This document shows, piece by piece, positions 8,168 to 19,033 of a DNA stretch of 64,000 nucleotides. Position 1 is the stretch's first letter; each line of letters begins with the position of its first letter. Below the pieces are notes generated by a model, which made no database searches, was not told the DNA's origin, and was given only the letters and a program-made list of their open reading frames with translations. The DNA comes from Candidatus Ozemobacteraceae bacterium (GTDB lineage: Bacteria; Muiribacteriota; Ozemobacteria; Ozemobacterales; Ozemobacteraceae). Both the position numbers and the translations under genes were made by a program. Location of the stretch: the NCBI GenBank assembly GCA_965140445.1, contig OZ223236.1, positions 4,960,001-5,024,000 on the forward strand. The letters are read 5' to 3'.

Positions 8168-10460
8168 CCATTTTCTTCTCCATATCTAAAATTGCTCTAA
8201 TTCTTCCCAGTAGATCACTACTTCGATATGGCTTTGCAAGAAAAGTTCCATTAAAATTACTAAAGAATTTTGTATCAAGAATTTCTTCGTGGTAACCACT
8301 ACAAAAAACTACTGGAATATTTGGAGCATATTTTTTTATTTCTTCATAGGCTACTTTACCTGTCTGGCCTGGCATAATGATATCAAATACAAGAATGTCA
8401 ATTTCATCCTGGTGCTCAACAAATTTTTCAACTGCTTCTGTACCGTCAACAGCAAAAATCACTTCATATCCGCTTTTGCGGAGCATTCTTCCAGCGAAGT
8501 TCCTTACCAATTCTGAATCTTCAGCCAAAAGTACGGTTTCTGTCCCTTCAAAGGCTTCAATAGCTTCTTCATCAGTTCTTGCTCTCAGCTCTGAAGTTAG
8601 CTGACTGACAGGCAAATAAACATCAAACTGAGCTCCACCAAATCTAGATTCCTCTATATGAACAAATCCGTTGTGCTTATTGGCAACACTATAGACAATC
8701 GCCAAACCAAGCCCAGTACCTTTTCCAACTTCTTTGGTGGTAAAAAACGGATCAAAAACTTTACTTCTTTTATCTTTTTCAATTCCAGGTCCGTCATCTT
8801 CAATGCTAATTTTGACATACTTGCCAGGCTTGGCCCAAGAATTTTCTATACAAAAGCTTTCAACAAATTCCACGCTTTGGGTTGAAATGATTACCTTCCC
8901 GTTACCCTCAATGGCATCTCTGGAATTAACTATTAAGTTAATTATAATCTGCTCAAGCTGTCCCTTATCAGCACTTACATAGGGTAAACCATCAGCCAAT
9001 TCTTTTTGAAGCTCAACCCCTCCCCCAATAATCCTGGAAACCATTTTTAAAGCACTATTTAACTCTGAATTTACATTCAAATTTTCTCTGATTTCATGAG
9101 ACATTCGACTGAAGGTCATTAATTGGCTAACCAACGCCTGGGATTTTTGGGCGGCTTCAAGTAAAAGTCCGATGCAGTCGTAATTTTCATCTGCTTCATC
9201 AACAGAAAACTTTATCATTTCGGCGTATCCAATAATAGCCTGGAGCATATTATTGAAGTCATGAGCTATTCCGCCTGCAAGGAGTCCAACCGCCTCAAGC
9301 TTTTGAGATTGCTGAAGAGCAGATTCTTTGTTCTTCATCTCCGTAATGTCTTCAACAATTCCCACCATGCTACTACCAATTCCAGTTGAACTTCTTTCAA
9401 GAATCTTGCCAATAACGTGGAACCATCTTAATTTACCGTGCAAGAATCGAATCCTGAAGTCTGAAACAAACTCATCTGATGATCCTGCAATATATTTAGC
9501 AAGCTTTTGCATAACTTCATCGCGATCGTCATTGTGAATACATCTTTTAAAAAGTTTTATGCCAAGCTTCTTACTTTCAAAGTTTTTCCAGTCTTCCATC
9601 TTTGTCTGGAGAAACTCTATAGTTTCGGCTTTTAAATCCCATCTAAAAACCGTTATCTTTCCTGTTTTAAGCGCGAGCATTAATTGTTGACGATTTTTAA
9701 TCAACTCGGTGTTTGCACTGTTTAGTTCTGAAGTCCTTTTAGCAACTTCATCCTCTAATTTATTTTTACTTTCTTGTAAATGTTCGTTGGTGTTGGTGAG
9801 CCTTCTCATTGTGTGAAAAAGAAGAGAAAAAATCGGAAAAACAAGCAGCAGGAAAAACAAAGATGCAAGAAAAGAGTCAAAATAGCTTTCTCGAATCACA
9901 TTCTCAATATCTTCCTGTAAACAGTCGGCGCATAACAAGTATTTAGACCCATTTGGGGAAGTTGCTGGAATTGCAACAGAACGGAATTTTCCCCATCGAT
10001 CTCCATAAGTATGATAAGAAACTTTTTGTTCTAAATAAGCCTTTTTAAAACCTTCTGGAATGCTTTCATACGGGTAAAAATACCAGCGCTTTCTTTGCTT
10101 AGACTCTTCTGGTGTAACTGTTGGAGCTGAAAAATAATAAACACCGTCTCTTTCTATTAACGTGTATACATATGGCAGACCGACATCTTTACTAAACTGG
10201 TAGAATTCCTGCCTATGCTTCATCTCTTCATCAAAATCAATGCTATCTGAAGCCACAACCCTGTCATGAAAGTCTTCAGGCAATATATATTTCAAGGCTA
10301 CTGCTGCGACGTACAATCTTGAATCTAAATTTTTCAAGTAATCTTGTTCAACACCAAGACTTCTGAAATAAACAAAAGCTACCAAGCCAGAAACATATAT
10401 GCATACGCTTAAAAGCATGGCTAAGTATCTTCTATCGATATTTATTTTGTTCTCACTCAT
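8148..10460 (-). CDS. Hybrid sensor histidine kinase (2 TM + periplasmic domain, PAS, HisKA, HATPase, REC)
   Basis: LAGGIAHDFNN, NLIVNSRDA, DDGPGI, FFTTKEVGKGTGLGL, receiver FDIIMP and KPY. Start moved to ATG 10460 because the longer ORF begins inside the nifJ terminator. Confidence 0.9.
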   Translation of the reverse strand: MSENKINIDRRYLAMLLSVCIYVSGLVAFVYFRSLGVEQDYLKNLDSRLYVAAVALKYILPEDFHDRVVASDSIDFDEEMKHRQEFYQFSKDVGLPYVYTLIERDGVYYFSAPTVTPEESKQRKRWYFYPYESIPEGFKKAYLEQKVSYHTYGDRWGKFRSVAIPATSPNGSKYLLCADCLQEDIENVIRESYFDSFLASLFFLLLVFPIFSLLFHTMRRLTNTNEHLQESKNKLEDEVAKRTSELNSANTELIKNRQQLMLALKTGKITVFRWDLKAETIEFLQTKMEDWKNFESKKLGIKLFKRCIHNDDRDEVMQKLAKYIAGSSDEFVSDFRIRFLHGKLRWFHVIGKILERSSTGIGSSMVGIVEDITEMKNKESALQQSQKLEAVGLLAGGIAHDFNNMLQAIIGYAEMIKFSVDEADENYDCIGLLLEAAQKSQALVSQLMTFSRMSHEIRENLNVNSELNSALKMVSRIIGGGVELQKELADGLPYVSADKGQLEQIIINLIVNSRDAIEGNGKVIISTQSVEFVESFCIENSWAKPGKYVKISIEDDGPGIEKDKRSKVFDPFFTTKEVGKGTGLGLAIVYSVANKHNGFVHIEESRFGGAQFDVYLPVSQLTSELRARTDEEAIEAFEGTETVLLAEDSELVRNFAGRMLRKSGYEVIFAVDGTEAVEKFVEHQDEIDILVFDIIMPGQTGKVAYEEIKKYAPNIPVVFCSGYHEEILDTKFFSNFNGTFLAKPYRSSDLLGRIRAILDMEKKMDESQNS

Positions 10461-10500
10461 TACTAATTTAATTCTAACAAAAAACCCGGCAAACAAAGGA

Positions 10501-10533
10501 AAAAAAAACTGCCGCATTTCTGCGGCAGTTTTT
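10501..10533 (-). terminator. Intrinsic terminator of nifJ
   Basis: Inverted repeat AAAAACTGCCGCA-tttc-TGCGGCAGTTTTT with a long U-tract on the minus strand. Confidence 0.85.
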
Positions 10534-10543
10534 ATAGAAAAAT

Positions 10544-13500
10544 CTATTGCAAAGTTAAGTCTGCAAGCTGTTTGTAGATGTGATATCTAAGCTTAACATC
10601 TTTCTGAGCAAGTTCAATAAGCGCTTTTGATGCATCTGGATTTGACTTGAGAAGCATTTTATAGCGATTTTCGCCATAAACATAGTCTTCAAGAGGAAGA
10701 CTAGGCTCTTTGGAATCCAATGAAAGTGGGTTTTTGCCTTCAACAACGTTTTCAGGGTTGAATCTGAGAAGAGGCCAATGTCCACTGTTAACAGCTTTCT
10801 TCTGTTCATCAAGGCCTTTACCCATATCGATGCCATGTGCAATACAATGGCTATAAGCAATAACCAAAGCTGGGCCATCATAGTTCATAGCTTCTGTGAT
10901 AGCTTTGAGAGCCTGTGCAGGGTTAGCTCCAAGACTGATCTTAGCTACATAAATGTTGCCATAAGTCATGGCGATCATGCCGAGATCTTTCTTTGGAAGT
11001 GGTTTTCCGCCAGCAGCAAACTTAGCAACAGCTCCAAGAGGAGTTGCTTTACTCATTTGTCCACCTGTGTTTGAGTAAACTTCAGTGTCCATAACAAGTA
11101 CTTTTACATTTTTACCAGAAGCGAGAACGTGATCAAGTCCGCCGTATCCGATGTCATAAGCCCATCCGTCTCCACCAACGATCCAGATAGTTCTCTTTAC
11201 AAGATACTGGGCCATTTTTTCGAGGCGTTTGCAAATAGCATCGTCACAGTTTTTGATTGTTTCAAGAAGCTTATCAACGTTTTCACGCTGAGTTTCAATT
11301 TCTTCCTGAGTCTTTTGAGGGTTGCTCTTGAGAGCTTCTGCCAGTTCTTTTAAACCAGCGGAACAACTACAACCACAGCCAACTGCTTTATCGAGGAGCT
11401 CAAAAGCTTCAGCAAGATGCTTGTCTGTTGCAAGCCTCATTCCAAGACCGAATTCAGCATTGTCTTCGAACAAGCTGTTTGACCATGCTGGTCCACGACC
11501 ATCTTCTCTCTGACAATATGGAGTTGTTGGAAGGTTTCCACCATAGATTGAAGAACAACCAGTTGCGTTGGCAATCATAAGTCTGTCACCGCAAAGTTGT
11601 GTAATAAGCTTAATGTAAGCTGTTTCACCACAACCAGCACAAGCACCTGAGAATTCAATCAAAGGTTTAACCATCTGGCTACCTTTAATGGTTGAAATAT
11701 TAATGAGAGAGCGTTTTGGATCTGGGATTTCATTAAGGAAGAAATTCCAGTTCTTTGCTTCACGCTGACGCATAGCTTCATCTTTATGAACAAGATTGAT
11801 TGCTCTGGTTTCAAGTTTTTTACCTTCTGCATCTTTCTGGAAAGCTGGACACATGCTTACACATGCTCCACAACCAGTACAATCTTCTGGTGCAACTTGA
11901 ATGGTGAAACCAAGCTCTTCTTTATAACCTTTGCCTTTGCATGATTTAAAGCCTTCTGGAGCTTTTTCAGCAATTGCAGGATCATATACTTTTGTTCTAA
12001 TAGCAGCATGAGGACAAACAAGAGAACACATACCACACTGGATACAAGTTTCTTTATCCCATTCCGGCATATAGAGACCAACATTTCTTTTTTCATATTG
12101 GCTTGTGCTTAAAGGGAAAGTTCCATCTTCTGGCATCTGACCAACAGTAATATCATCACCTTTTCCGGCAAGAATTGGCTCAAGAACTTCTTTTACAAAC
12201 TTAGGAGCAACTTCAACTGTCATAGCCTTCTTGATTTCGAAGTCTGCAGATACTGAAGCAGGAACAGAAACTTCTACAAGATTTTCTCTGGCAACATCAA
12301 CTGCTTTGCAGTTCATGTTAACAACATCTTCGCCCTTTTTGCCGTAAGTTTTCTTAACAGCTTTTTTAAGTGCTTCAACATATTTTTCAGTTGGAAGAAT
12401 CTTTGAGATTTCAAAGAAACAAGTCTGCATGAAAATGTTGATGCGATTTCCAAGTCCAATTTCTTCTGCAAGACGAGTTGCATCAATGATATAGAATTTG
12501 GCTTTTTTATCGATAAGACGTTTCTGAGTTTCTTTTGGAAGCTTTGCCCAAACTTCGTCTTTGCTGTATTCAGTCTGAAGGAGGAAAGTTCCGCCAGTTT
12601 TCAGGCTCTTAAGCATGTCATATTTTTCAATGAAAGAGAAATTATGGCAAGCCACGAAATCTGCATGAGCAATAAGATAAGGGCAACGAAGTTCTTTTTG
12701 CCCAAATCTAAGATGAGAGATTGTCATGCTTCCTGATTTTTTTGAATCATATACGAAGTAGCCTTGAGCAAAGTTATCAGTATCATCACCGATAATTTTA
12801 ATAGCATCTTTATTTGCGCCAACAGTTCCATCTGATCCAAGTCCGTAGAACATTGCCGAGAAAGTAGATGAATGAGCAGTATTTACGCTTTCGCCTAATT
12901 CAAGATGAGTTTTTGTAAGATCGTCAATAATACCAACTGTGAAATGGTTCTTTGGAAGATCTTTTTTGAGGTTTTCAAAAATGGCTACAACTTGATTTGG
13001 TGTAAAGTCTTTTGAACCTAAACCATAACGACCGCCAACAACTTTTGGCCAATTTGTGAAAGGAGCTTCTTTTCTTTCGAGAGCTTCGCCAACACTATTT
13101 CTGACGTCAAGATAAAGAGGTTCGCCAGCACAACCAGGCTCTTTAGTTCTATCAAGAACAGAGATGGCTTTAACTGTTTTCGGGAAAGCTTTAACCAGGG
13201 CTTCAGGGCTAAATGGGCGATAAAGTCTAACTTTAATTAAACCAACTTTTTCGCCTTTTTCATTCATGTAATCAACAACTTCATGAACGGTTTCAGCGCC
13301 GCTACCCATGATAACGATTACGCGTTCTGCATCTTCAGCTCCGACATAATCAAATAGCTTATATTGTCTGCCAGTAAGTTTGGCAAATTTATCCATTGTT
13401 TTTTGAACAATAGCAGGAGTTTTATCGTAGAAAGGATTAACTGTTTCTCTACCCTGGAAATAAACATCAGGATTCTGAGCAGTACCACGCATTGATGGTT

Positions 13501-14137
13501 TATCTGGATTTAATCCTCTTGCGTGATGAGCAAATACCAATTCGTCATCAATCATTTCTTTGATAGTTTCATCTTCAAGAACTTCAATCTTGTTAATTTC
13601 ATGAGAAGTTCTAAAGCCATCGAAGAAATGGATAAAAGGAATTCTGCTTTCAAGGGTGGCTTGCTGGGTAATCAAAGCCATGTCCATAACTTCCTGAACA
13701 GTGCCCGAAGCTAACAAAGCAAAACCAGTCTGTCTGGTAGCCATAACATCACTATGGTCACCAAAAATAGAAAGTGCCTGACAAGCTATCGATCTAGCTG
13801 ATACGTGAAAAACAGTTGATGTAAGTTCGCCAGCGAGCTTATACATATTAGGGATCATCAACAAAAGACCCTGTGAAGCTGTAAAAGTTGTAGTCAAAGC
13901 TCCGGCTGTTAATGAACCATGGACTGCTCCAGCGGCTCCGCCTTCTGACTGCATTTCACAAACGTCTGGAACAGTTCCCCATACATTTGTCTGGCCAAGT
14001 GCAGACCAAGCATCCGCGTATTCGCCCATACCGCTCGATGGTGTAATTGGATAAATGGCGATAACTTCATTGGTTCTATGAGCTACATGAGCTGCAGCCT
14101 GGTTACCGTCCATCATGGCATAAGTTTTGTTAGACAC
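10544..14137 (-). CDS. nifJ: Pyruvate:ferredoxin/flavodoxin oxidoreductase, single-chain
   Basis: YPITPSS, EMQSEGGAAG, two CxxCxxCxxxCP clusters, FSGACAGCGE, GGDGWAYDIG TPP motif. GTG start after AGGAGG. Confidence 0.97.
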   Translation of the reverse strand: MSNKTYAMMDGNQAAAHVAHRTNEVIAIYPITPSSGMGEYADAWSALGQTNVWGTVPDVCEMQSEGGAAGAVHGSLTAGALTTTFTASQGLLLMIPNMYKLAGELTSTVFHVSARSIACQALSIFGDHSDVMATRQTGFALLASGTVQEVMDMALITQQATLESRIPFIHFFDGFRTSHEINKIEVLEDETIKEMIDDELVFAHHARGLNPDKPSMRGTAQNPDVYFQGRETVNPFYDKTPAIVQKTMDKFAKLTGRQYKLFDYVGAEDAERVIVIMGSGAETVHEVVDYMNEKGEKVGLIKVRLYRPFSPEALVKAFPKTVKAISVLDRTKEPGCAGEPLYLDVRNSVGEALERKEAPFTNWPKVVGGRYGLGSKDFTPNQVVAIFENLKKDLPKNHFTVGIIDDLTKTHLELGESVNTAHSSTFSAMFYGLGSDGTVGANKDAIKIIGDDTDNFAQGYFVYDSKKSGSMTISHLRFGQKELRCPYLIAHADFVACHNFSFIEKYDMLKSLKTGGTFLLQTEYSKDEVWAKLPKETQKRLIDKKAKFYIIDATRLAEEIGLGNRINIFMQTCFFEISKILPTEKYVEALKKAVKKTYGKKGEDVVNMNCKAVDVARENLVEVSVPASVSADFEIKKAMTVEVAPKFVKEVLEPILAGKGDDITVGQMPEDGTFPLSTSQYEKRNVGLYMPEWDKETCIQCGMCSLVCPHAAIRTKVYDPAIAEKAPEGFKSCKGKGYKEELGFTIQVAPEDCTGCGACVSMCPAFQKDAEGKKLETRAINLVHKDEAMRQREAKNWNFFLNEIPDPKRSLINISTIKGSQMVKPLIEFSGACAGCGETAYIKLITQLCGDRLMIANATGCSSIYGGNLPTTPYCQREDGRGPAWSNSLFEDNAEFGLGMRLATDKHLAEAFELLDKAVGCGCSCSAGLKELAEALKSNPQKTQEEIETQRENVDKLLETIKNCDDAICKRLEKMAQYLVKRTIWIVGGDGWAYDIGYGGLDHVLASGKNVKVLVMDTEVYSNTGGQMSKATPLGAVAKFAAGGKPLPKKDLGMIAMTYGNIYVAKISLGANPAQALKAITEAMNYDGPALVIAYSHCIAHGIDMGKGLDEQKKAVNSGHWPLLRFNPENVVEGKNPLSLDSKEPSLPLEDYVYGENRYKMLLKSNPDASKALIELAQKDVKLRYHIYKQLADLTLQ

Positions 14138-14197
14138 TATTGCCCTCCTGCTATGAAATTTACCGAAAAAGTTCGGTTATATCTTTAAGGCATGGTG

Positions 14198-14226
14198 ATT
14201 TTATTCTAGAATCGCAAACAAGTCAA
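14198..14226 (-). promoter_or_regulatory. Putative sigma70 promoter of nifJ
   Basis: Minus strand TTGACT-N17-TAAAAT. Confidence 0.6.
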
Positions 14227-14315
14227 CCTGAGAATAAAGCAGACAAAGTGTCAACAAAAGCGCTTCCAATAAGGCTGTAGGCCATCTTTTTCATTAAAAG
14301 AAAGTGAAAATTAGC

Positions 14316-14957
14316 TCAAGTTTTTTCTGAAATTGGAAAAATAGATGGAAATTCATCTTCACCTAAGCCTGCAATAGCTTTTTCAAGCATTTGTAAGTCG
14401 CTTTTAACTCGCTCAAAACTTAACTGCCCATTATTAAAAATAAATGGACAGGCTGAGATCATTTTTACAGAAACAATTTTTGGAATTATACCTTTAGCAA
14501 GACACTCATTGGATCCACAAATAGCAGCTGGCAGATAAATAAATTCATCACTTTCCATTTTTTCAATCAATTCACACAACTTCTTAAAAATCAGGTCTGT
14601 TTGATTTACCCCATCTTTTGGCAATAAAAAAACAACCGAGCTTTTAGAAAAAATTAGCTGGCGGGCGTTGTCTATAAAATTTTTATCTGAAATGCGTATA
14701 CATGCCAGGGATTTTATGTGAGCCCTAAAAAAGCTTTGATCAAACCATTTATCATCAAGTGCAAAAGTTATATCACCGTTAAAAATACTGCGAACAAGAA
14801 GAATATCAACAGGACTTTCCGAAGAAATAACAATTAATGATCCTTTATTTCCAGACAAATCACTTTCCCCAAAAAAACGAAATTCTGGAAAAAGGACACG
14901 CACCCAAAAGTTACTTAATTTTTTGAAAAAAAATTTTGAAATAATGCTGCTTTTCAT
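14316..14957 (-). CDS. Hypothetical protein resembling a degenerate PlsC-like acyltransferase
   Basis: Layout FFGESDL..GSLIVISSESPVDILL ... YLPAAICGS parallels PlsC blocks, but the HX4D His and the FPEG motif are missing. Confidence 0.4.
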   Translation of the reverse strand: MKSSIISKFFFKKLSNFWVRVLFPEFRFFGESDLSGNKGSLIVISSESPVDILLVRSIFNGDITFALDDKWFDQSFFRAHIKSLACIRISDKNFIDNARQLIFSKSSVVFLLPKDGVNQTDLIFKKLCELIEKMESDEFIYLPAAICGSNECLAKGIIPKIVSVKMISACPFIFNNGQLSFERVKSDLQMLEKAIAGLGEDEFPSIFPISEKT

Positions 14958-14970
14958 CTCTAACCTCTAG

Positions 14971-15000
14971 AAAAGAAAGCCGCCTGAAAAATCAGGCGGC
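14971..15000 (-). terminator. Intrinsic terminator after the floA cluster
   Basis: Minus strand GCCGCCTGA-TTTT-TCAGGCGGC followed by TTTCTTTT. Confidence 0.8.
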
Positions 15001-15024
15001 CAGCTTGTTTCTGTAAAACCCTCT

Positions 15025-15609
15025 TTAATCTTCCGATCTGACACTTGGAATTCTGTCATAAATCCTGTTTATATCATATCTTGTAAGAACTTCTGAAAGA
15101 ATAAAGGATTTAACCATCTGATCTGGCGTTATTTGGAAAAGTTGCTCAACCCCAGCCTTCTTCTGCCCTTTTTGATGAACAGATGCCAGTAAATCAGTTT
15201 CATTTCCATGATAAACACCTTCTTCAGTTAAAGCAGGTAACTTATCGTAATTAACATCTTTTCGAGCAGGCACCTTATCATAATTAACGTGCTTTGACTT
15301 CTGATGTTCGCCGTCAAATTTTTTCTTGGACTGTTTTTGTTTAGCTTGATTTCGGCCCTGCGAATTTCTGCTGGCACTTCTACTGATAGTAGAAGGAATT
15401 GGCGGAGGTGACGGAGGGGCCGAATATGAGGAACCAGAAAAACTTGAACCAGAGATTTGACCATTTTTAACTTTTGAAGGCTTCTTCAAAAAATCGTCAA
15501 TGGAAGAGAGATCAGACAAATCAAGATCAAGATTGGCCTCATCTTTCTTTTTGTTCATCTCAGACCAAACTGAAAAAACAATAGCAATAATAATTATTAC
15601 AATTTCCAA
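15025..15609 (-). CDS. Membrane-anchored low-complexity protein, positional analogue of YqfB
   Basis: N-terminal TM, Ser/Pro/Lys-rich middle, C-terminal SFILSEVL. Lies directly downstream of floA, with a TTG start after GGAGG. Confidence 0.55.
   Translation of the reverse strand: MEIVIIIIAIVFSVWSEMNKKKDEANLDLDLSDLSSIDDFLKKPSKVKNGQISGSSFSGSSYSAPPSPPPIPSTISRSASRNSQGRNQAKQKQSKKKFDGEHQKSKHVNYDKVPARKDVNYDKLPALTEEGVYHGNETDLLASVHQKGQKKAGVEQLFQITPDQMVKSFILSEVLTRYDINRIYDRIPSVRSED
15232..15295. repeat. Imperfect 33-bp in-frame tandem duplication
   Basis: AGCAGG..CTTATC.TAATTAAC occurs at 15232 and 15265, encoding KHVNYDKVPAR and KDVNYDKLPAL. Confidence 0.75.
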
Positions 15610-15627
15610 AAAGGTTACCTCCCTTAC

Positions 15628-16608
15628 TTAGTTTTTAGTCTTGGGAGCATCCACCATAGTTGAAAAAGATTTTCTCATGTCTGTATCGGAATTAATATTC
15701 TTAAGAGTGTAATAATCCAAAATACCCATATTTCCGTCTTTAAGAGCATCTGCAATTGCCTGTGGAACAAAAGCTTCAGCTTCAACAAGTTTAGCTCTCA
15801 TTTCCTGTTCAAGAGCCTTCATTTCTTGTTCTTTAGCTTCAGCCATAGCACGTCTTTCAGCAGCTTTAGCCTGAGCAATTTTCATATCTGCTTCAGATTG
15901 ATCAATTTGAAGTTTTGCACCAATGTTTTCGCCAACGTCAACGTCAGCAATGTCAATTGATAGAATTTCAAAAGCAGTATTTGCATCAAGTCCTTTGCCC
16001 TGTATAGTTTTAGAAATGAGATCAGGATTTTCAAGAATTTCTTCATGGCTTTCAGCGGAACCAATAGTAGTAACAATACCTTCGCCTACGCGAGCAAGAA
16101 TAGTTTCTTCAGTCGCACCACCAACCAGCTTGTTGATATCAGCTTTAACTGTAACTCTTGCAATAGCCTTAACCTGAATACCATTCTTTGCCATAGCTGC
16201 TACAAGTGGAGTCTGAATAACCTTAGGTTTAACACATAATCTTACGGCATCAAGAACATCTCGACCGGCAAGATCTATCGCTGTAGCCTGTTTAAATGTC
16301 AAATTAATTCCAGCTCTCTGAGCTGCAACAAGAGCAGAAACGACCTGAGCTACTTTACCGCCCGCAAGAAAGTGTGATTCAAGATCTTGAAGAGCTATGT
16401 TAATACCGCCCTTTTTTGCCATAATTGCTGGATTAATAATAGAGTGAGGTGGAACTCCTCTAAATCTCATCCCTATCAGGTCTAAAAGACCAACAGAGAC
16501 TCCTGAAGCTAGAGCACTTATCCAAAGCCCCACTGGTACAAAATAAGACAGAACTAAAAACGCAAAAATTCCGCCTATACCACCAAGTATAATAATGCCT
16601 TCTGACAT
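15628..16608 (-). CDS. floA: Flotillin-like protein FloA (YqfA/UPF0365)
   Basis: [58 protein letters not shown]. Confidence 0.93.
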   Translation of the reverse strand: MSEGIIILGGIGGIFAFLVLSYFVPVGLWISALASGVSVGLLDLIGMRFRGVPPHSIINPAIMAKKGGINIALQDLESHFLAGGKVAQVVSALVAAQRAGINLTFKQATAIDLAGRDVLDAVRLCVKPKVIQTPLVAAMAKNGIQVKAIARVTVKADINKLVGGATEETILARVGEGIVTTIGSAESHEEILENPDLISKTIQGKGLDANTAFEILSIDIADVDVGENIGAKLQIDQSEADMKIAQAKAAERRAMAEAKEQEMKALEQEMRAKLVEAEAFVPQAIADALKDGNMGILDYYTLKNINSDTDMRKSFSTMVDAPKTKN

Positions 16609-16773
16609 AGTTGATCCTCCTGCTGGGAAATTAAAAACACTAATAGTGAAATCTAACTGACAATATCCTTTAAAAACGGGTACAAAGTCAAGTTAATTGA
16701 AATAGAGATTCGCTGAATTAACTTCAGATAATGCATGTTGGGATCTAAAAAATTCCACAAACTAATGGAAGAA

Positions 16774-17424
16774 CTAAACTTCCTCTTCTAGTTTGGCTAC
16801 AATTAGCCTTCCGTTTTTTTCTTTCACAACCTTAATTTTGGTCCCATTTTCAATGTATTCACAGTCCGACATCACATCAATTCTTTCATCATCAATCTTT
16901 GCAACACCAGAGGGTCTAAGCATTGAAACCGTAACACCTTCTTTACCAACAAAAGCAGATAAATCACGAGTCGCAATACAGCCATTGTCTGCTGAAGATT
17001 GAGCTTCAAGGACAAATTTCTTTCCAAAACTTGTGTGCGGGAAAACATAAAAAAACCATAATACGAGAAGAAATAATCCAACCATTGCGCCAAAAGTTGC
17101 TGCAATAGCCATATTCATGCTTAATTTCAAAAAGGCAAAAACAATCCCACCGCCAAGCATTAATAAACCAATTACACCAGCAGCACCGAAACCAGGGATT
17201 ATTGCAACTTCTAGAAACATAAAAATTAAGCCGCCCATTAATAAACCGGCGACAGTAATTCCCCAGGACGGTTCCTCACCACTAGCCTCAGTTTTTACTT
17301 CCTTAGAGCTTTCACTAACGGAAGTTTTCTCTGGAAGTATTGAATCCTCAGCTGCACAAACTAGTTGAAAAGGAATTAAAACAAGCAACATCACAAAAAT
17401 ACAAAAATTAATTCCTCTAAGCAT
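16774..17424 (-). CDS. Short NfeD-family membrane protein (TM bundle + OB fold)
   Basis: LEVAIIPGFG, VGKEGVTVSMLRPSG..IDDERIDV; signal-peptide-like N-terminus. Confidence 0.85.
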   Translation of the reverse strand: MLRGINFCIFVMLLVLIPFQLVCAAEDSILPEKTSVSESSKEVKTEASGEEPSWGITVAGLLMGGLIFMFLEVAIIPGFGAAGVIGLLMLGGGIVFAFLKLSMNMAIAATFGAMVGLFLLVLWFFYVFPHTSFGKKFVLEAQSSADNGCIATRDLSAFVGKEGVTVSMLRPSGVAKIDDERIDVMSDCEYIENGTKIKVVKEKNGRLIVAKLEEEV

Positions 17425-17437
17425 ATCTCTTTAGTCC

Positions 17438-18799
17438 TTATTCTGATAATTGTCTAACTGTTATTTTAGTTCCTTCTACTTTTCTTACCGTTACTCTAGC
17501 GCCTTTTTCAATAAATTCCCCATCTGAAATAACATCGTACCGCTCATCTCCAATTTTAGCCTTTCCAGAAGGCCTGCATGGAGATACAGCAACGCCTTCG
17601 AGGCCATTCAAATGTTCATAGCCAGTAGAGTCAACGGCGACAAAACCATTTTCAGTGGTCATATTATTATTTAAAACAAATTTATCAAATAGTTTAAGCT
17701 TTGGTCCCCACCAATACAGGGCGGTTAAAAACCCTACAGAAAGCGTTATAATTTTCGCAACAGCATGAACGGCAGAATATATTCCGCCAAAGGTCATGAT
17801 AATACTGAAGCTGACACAAAGAATGCCTGAAATACCTGTAATTCCAAAACCTGGGACAACAAAAATTTCAAGAATAAGCAAAACAACGCCAATAGTGAAA
17901 AGAATCAGTGCTTCCAGTCCGGCCAAATATGCAAAAAGGTGCCCACCAAAAAACAGTGCCAGACAAGTTAAACCAAGCCAACCGAAAAAGCCAAAACCCG
18001 CAATAAAAAACTCGATAATCAAACACCAAAAGCCAATAGTAAAAAGTATGACACTGATATTGGGATTTGTTAAATATCTGGCGAGCCACTCTGCTGAAGT
18101 TGGTTTAACCCTTTCAACCGATGCTTTTTCGAAATTTAATCTTTTTAGTGCAGTGGTTACATCTGTAACTACGTAATCACAATAACCGTGCTCCAAGGCC
18201 ATTTCTGTAGTAAGGGTTAAAATTTCACCCTTTTTAGAAACTCCTGGAATTGTATCATGATCTTTATCTACCATTGCCGCAGCGAGTGCTTTAGGGCGTT
18301 TTCTCGCTTCAGCCGCAGATTCAAATTCTCCTCTAAATGCTGATACAAACTTAGCTTCTGCCGCTTTAACAGCAGAACCCATCATTATAAAAGGCGTTGC
18401 AGCACCCATTTCTGATCCTGGCTCCATAAAGATTCTGTGACAGGATATTGCAATCAAAGCTGCCGCCGACAGAGCTCTTCCCTTAATGTAGGCCACGGTT
18501 GTAACTTTTGATCTCAAAAGAGCGTCTTTTATCTCCTGAGCTGCCGTAACCAGGCCACCGTTAGAGTTTATCTCCAGGACAACAATGGAAACCTTTTCCA
18601 TTTCAGCCTTTCTAAGCATTCGTTGGATAAAAAACGATAAACCGGAATCAATTTCCCGATCGACACTTAGAACAAGAACAGATTCTCCTTCACCAGATTT
18701 TTCCTGAGCAAATACTGGCGAAAATAGACACAAAATAAACGCAACAAGGCCCACAAGACAAAAAAGTCTTGCGGGCTTTGTTTTAAACATTTTAACCAT
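17438..18799 (-). CDS. Long NfeD/YqeZ membrane-bound ClpP-class serine protease
   Basis: EINSNGG, RALSAAALIA (Ser motif), MGAATP, LEIFVVPGFG, C-terminal OB fold RPSGK. Confidence 0.9.
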   Translation of the reverse strand: MVKMFKTKPARLFCLVGLVAFILCLFSPVFAQEKSGEGESVLVLSVDREIDSGLSFFIQRMLRKAEMEKVSIVVLEINSNGGLVTAAQEIKDALLRSKVTTVAYIKGRALSAAALIAISCHRIFMEPGSEMGAATPFIMMGSAVKAAEAKFVSAFRGEFESAAEARKRPKALAAAMVDKDHDTIPGVSKKGEILTLTTEMALEHGYCDYVVTDVTTALKRLNFEKASVERVKPTSAEWLARYLTNPNISVILFTIGFWCLIIEFFIAGFGFFGWLGLTCLALFFGGHLFAYLAGLEALILFTIGVVLLILEIFVVPGFGITGISGILCVSFSIIMTFGGIYSAVHAVAKIITLSVGFLTALYWWGPKLKLFDKFVLNNNMTTENGFVAVDSTGYEHLNGLEGVAVSPCRPSGKAKIGDERYDVISDGEFIEKGARVTVRKVEGTKITVRQLSE

Positions 18800-18801
18800 G
18801 T

Positions 18802-18984
18802 TTAGCGACGCCTTCTTTGTTTTCGGCGGGCTTCAGCAGCTTTTCTTTTCTGCTTTTCACTTGGTTTTTCATAAGCTCTACGACGTTTGATTTCCTTAAT
18901 AATACCAGCTTCCTGACATTTTTTCTGGAAACGTTTCAATGCTTTTTCCAATGGTTCGTCTTTAAGTACCTTTACTTCTGCCAT
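18802..18984 (-). CDS. rpsU: 30S ribosomal protein S21
   Basis: MAEVKV..EPLEKALKRFQK..GII.EIKRR.AYEKPS. Strong SD upstream of ATG 18984. Confidence 0.95.
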   Translation of the reverse strand: MAEVKVLKDEPLEKALKRFQKKCQEAGIIKEIKRRRAYEKPSEKQKRKAAEARRKQRRRR

Positions 18985-19033
18985 ATGTTTCACCCCCTCC
19001 CGAGATTGGATGATTGAAGTATCAATTCTTTCG

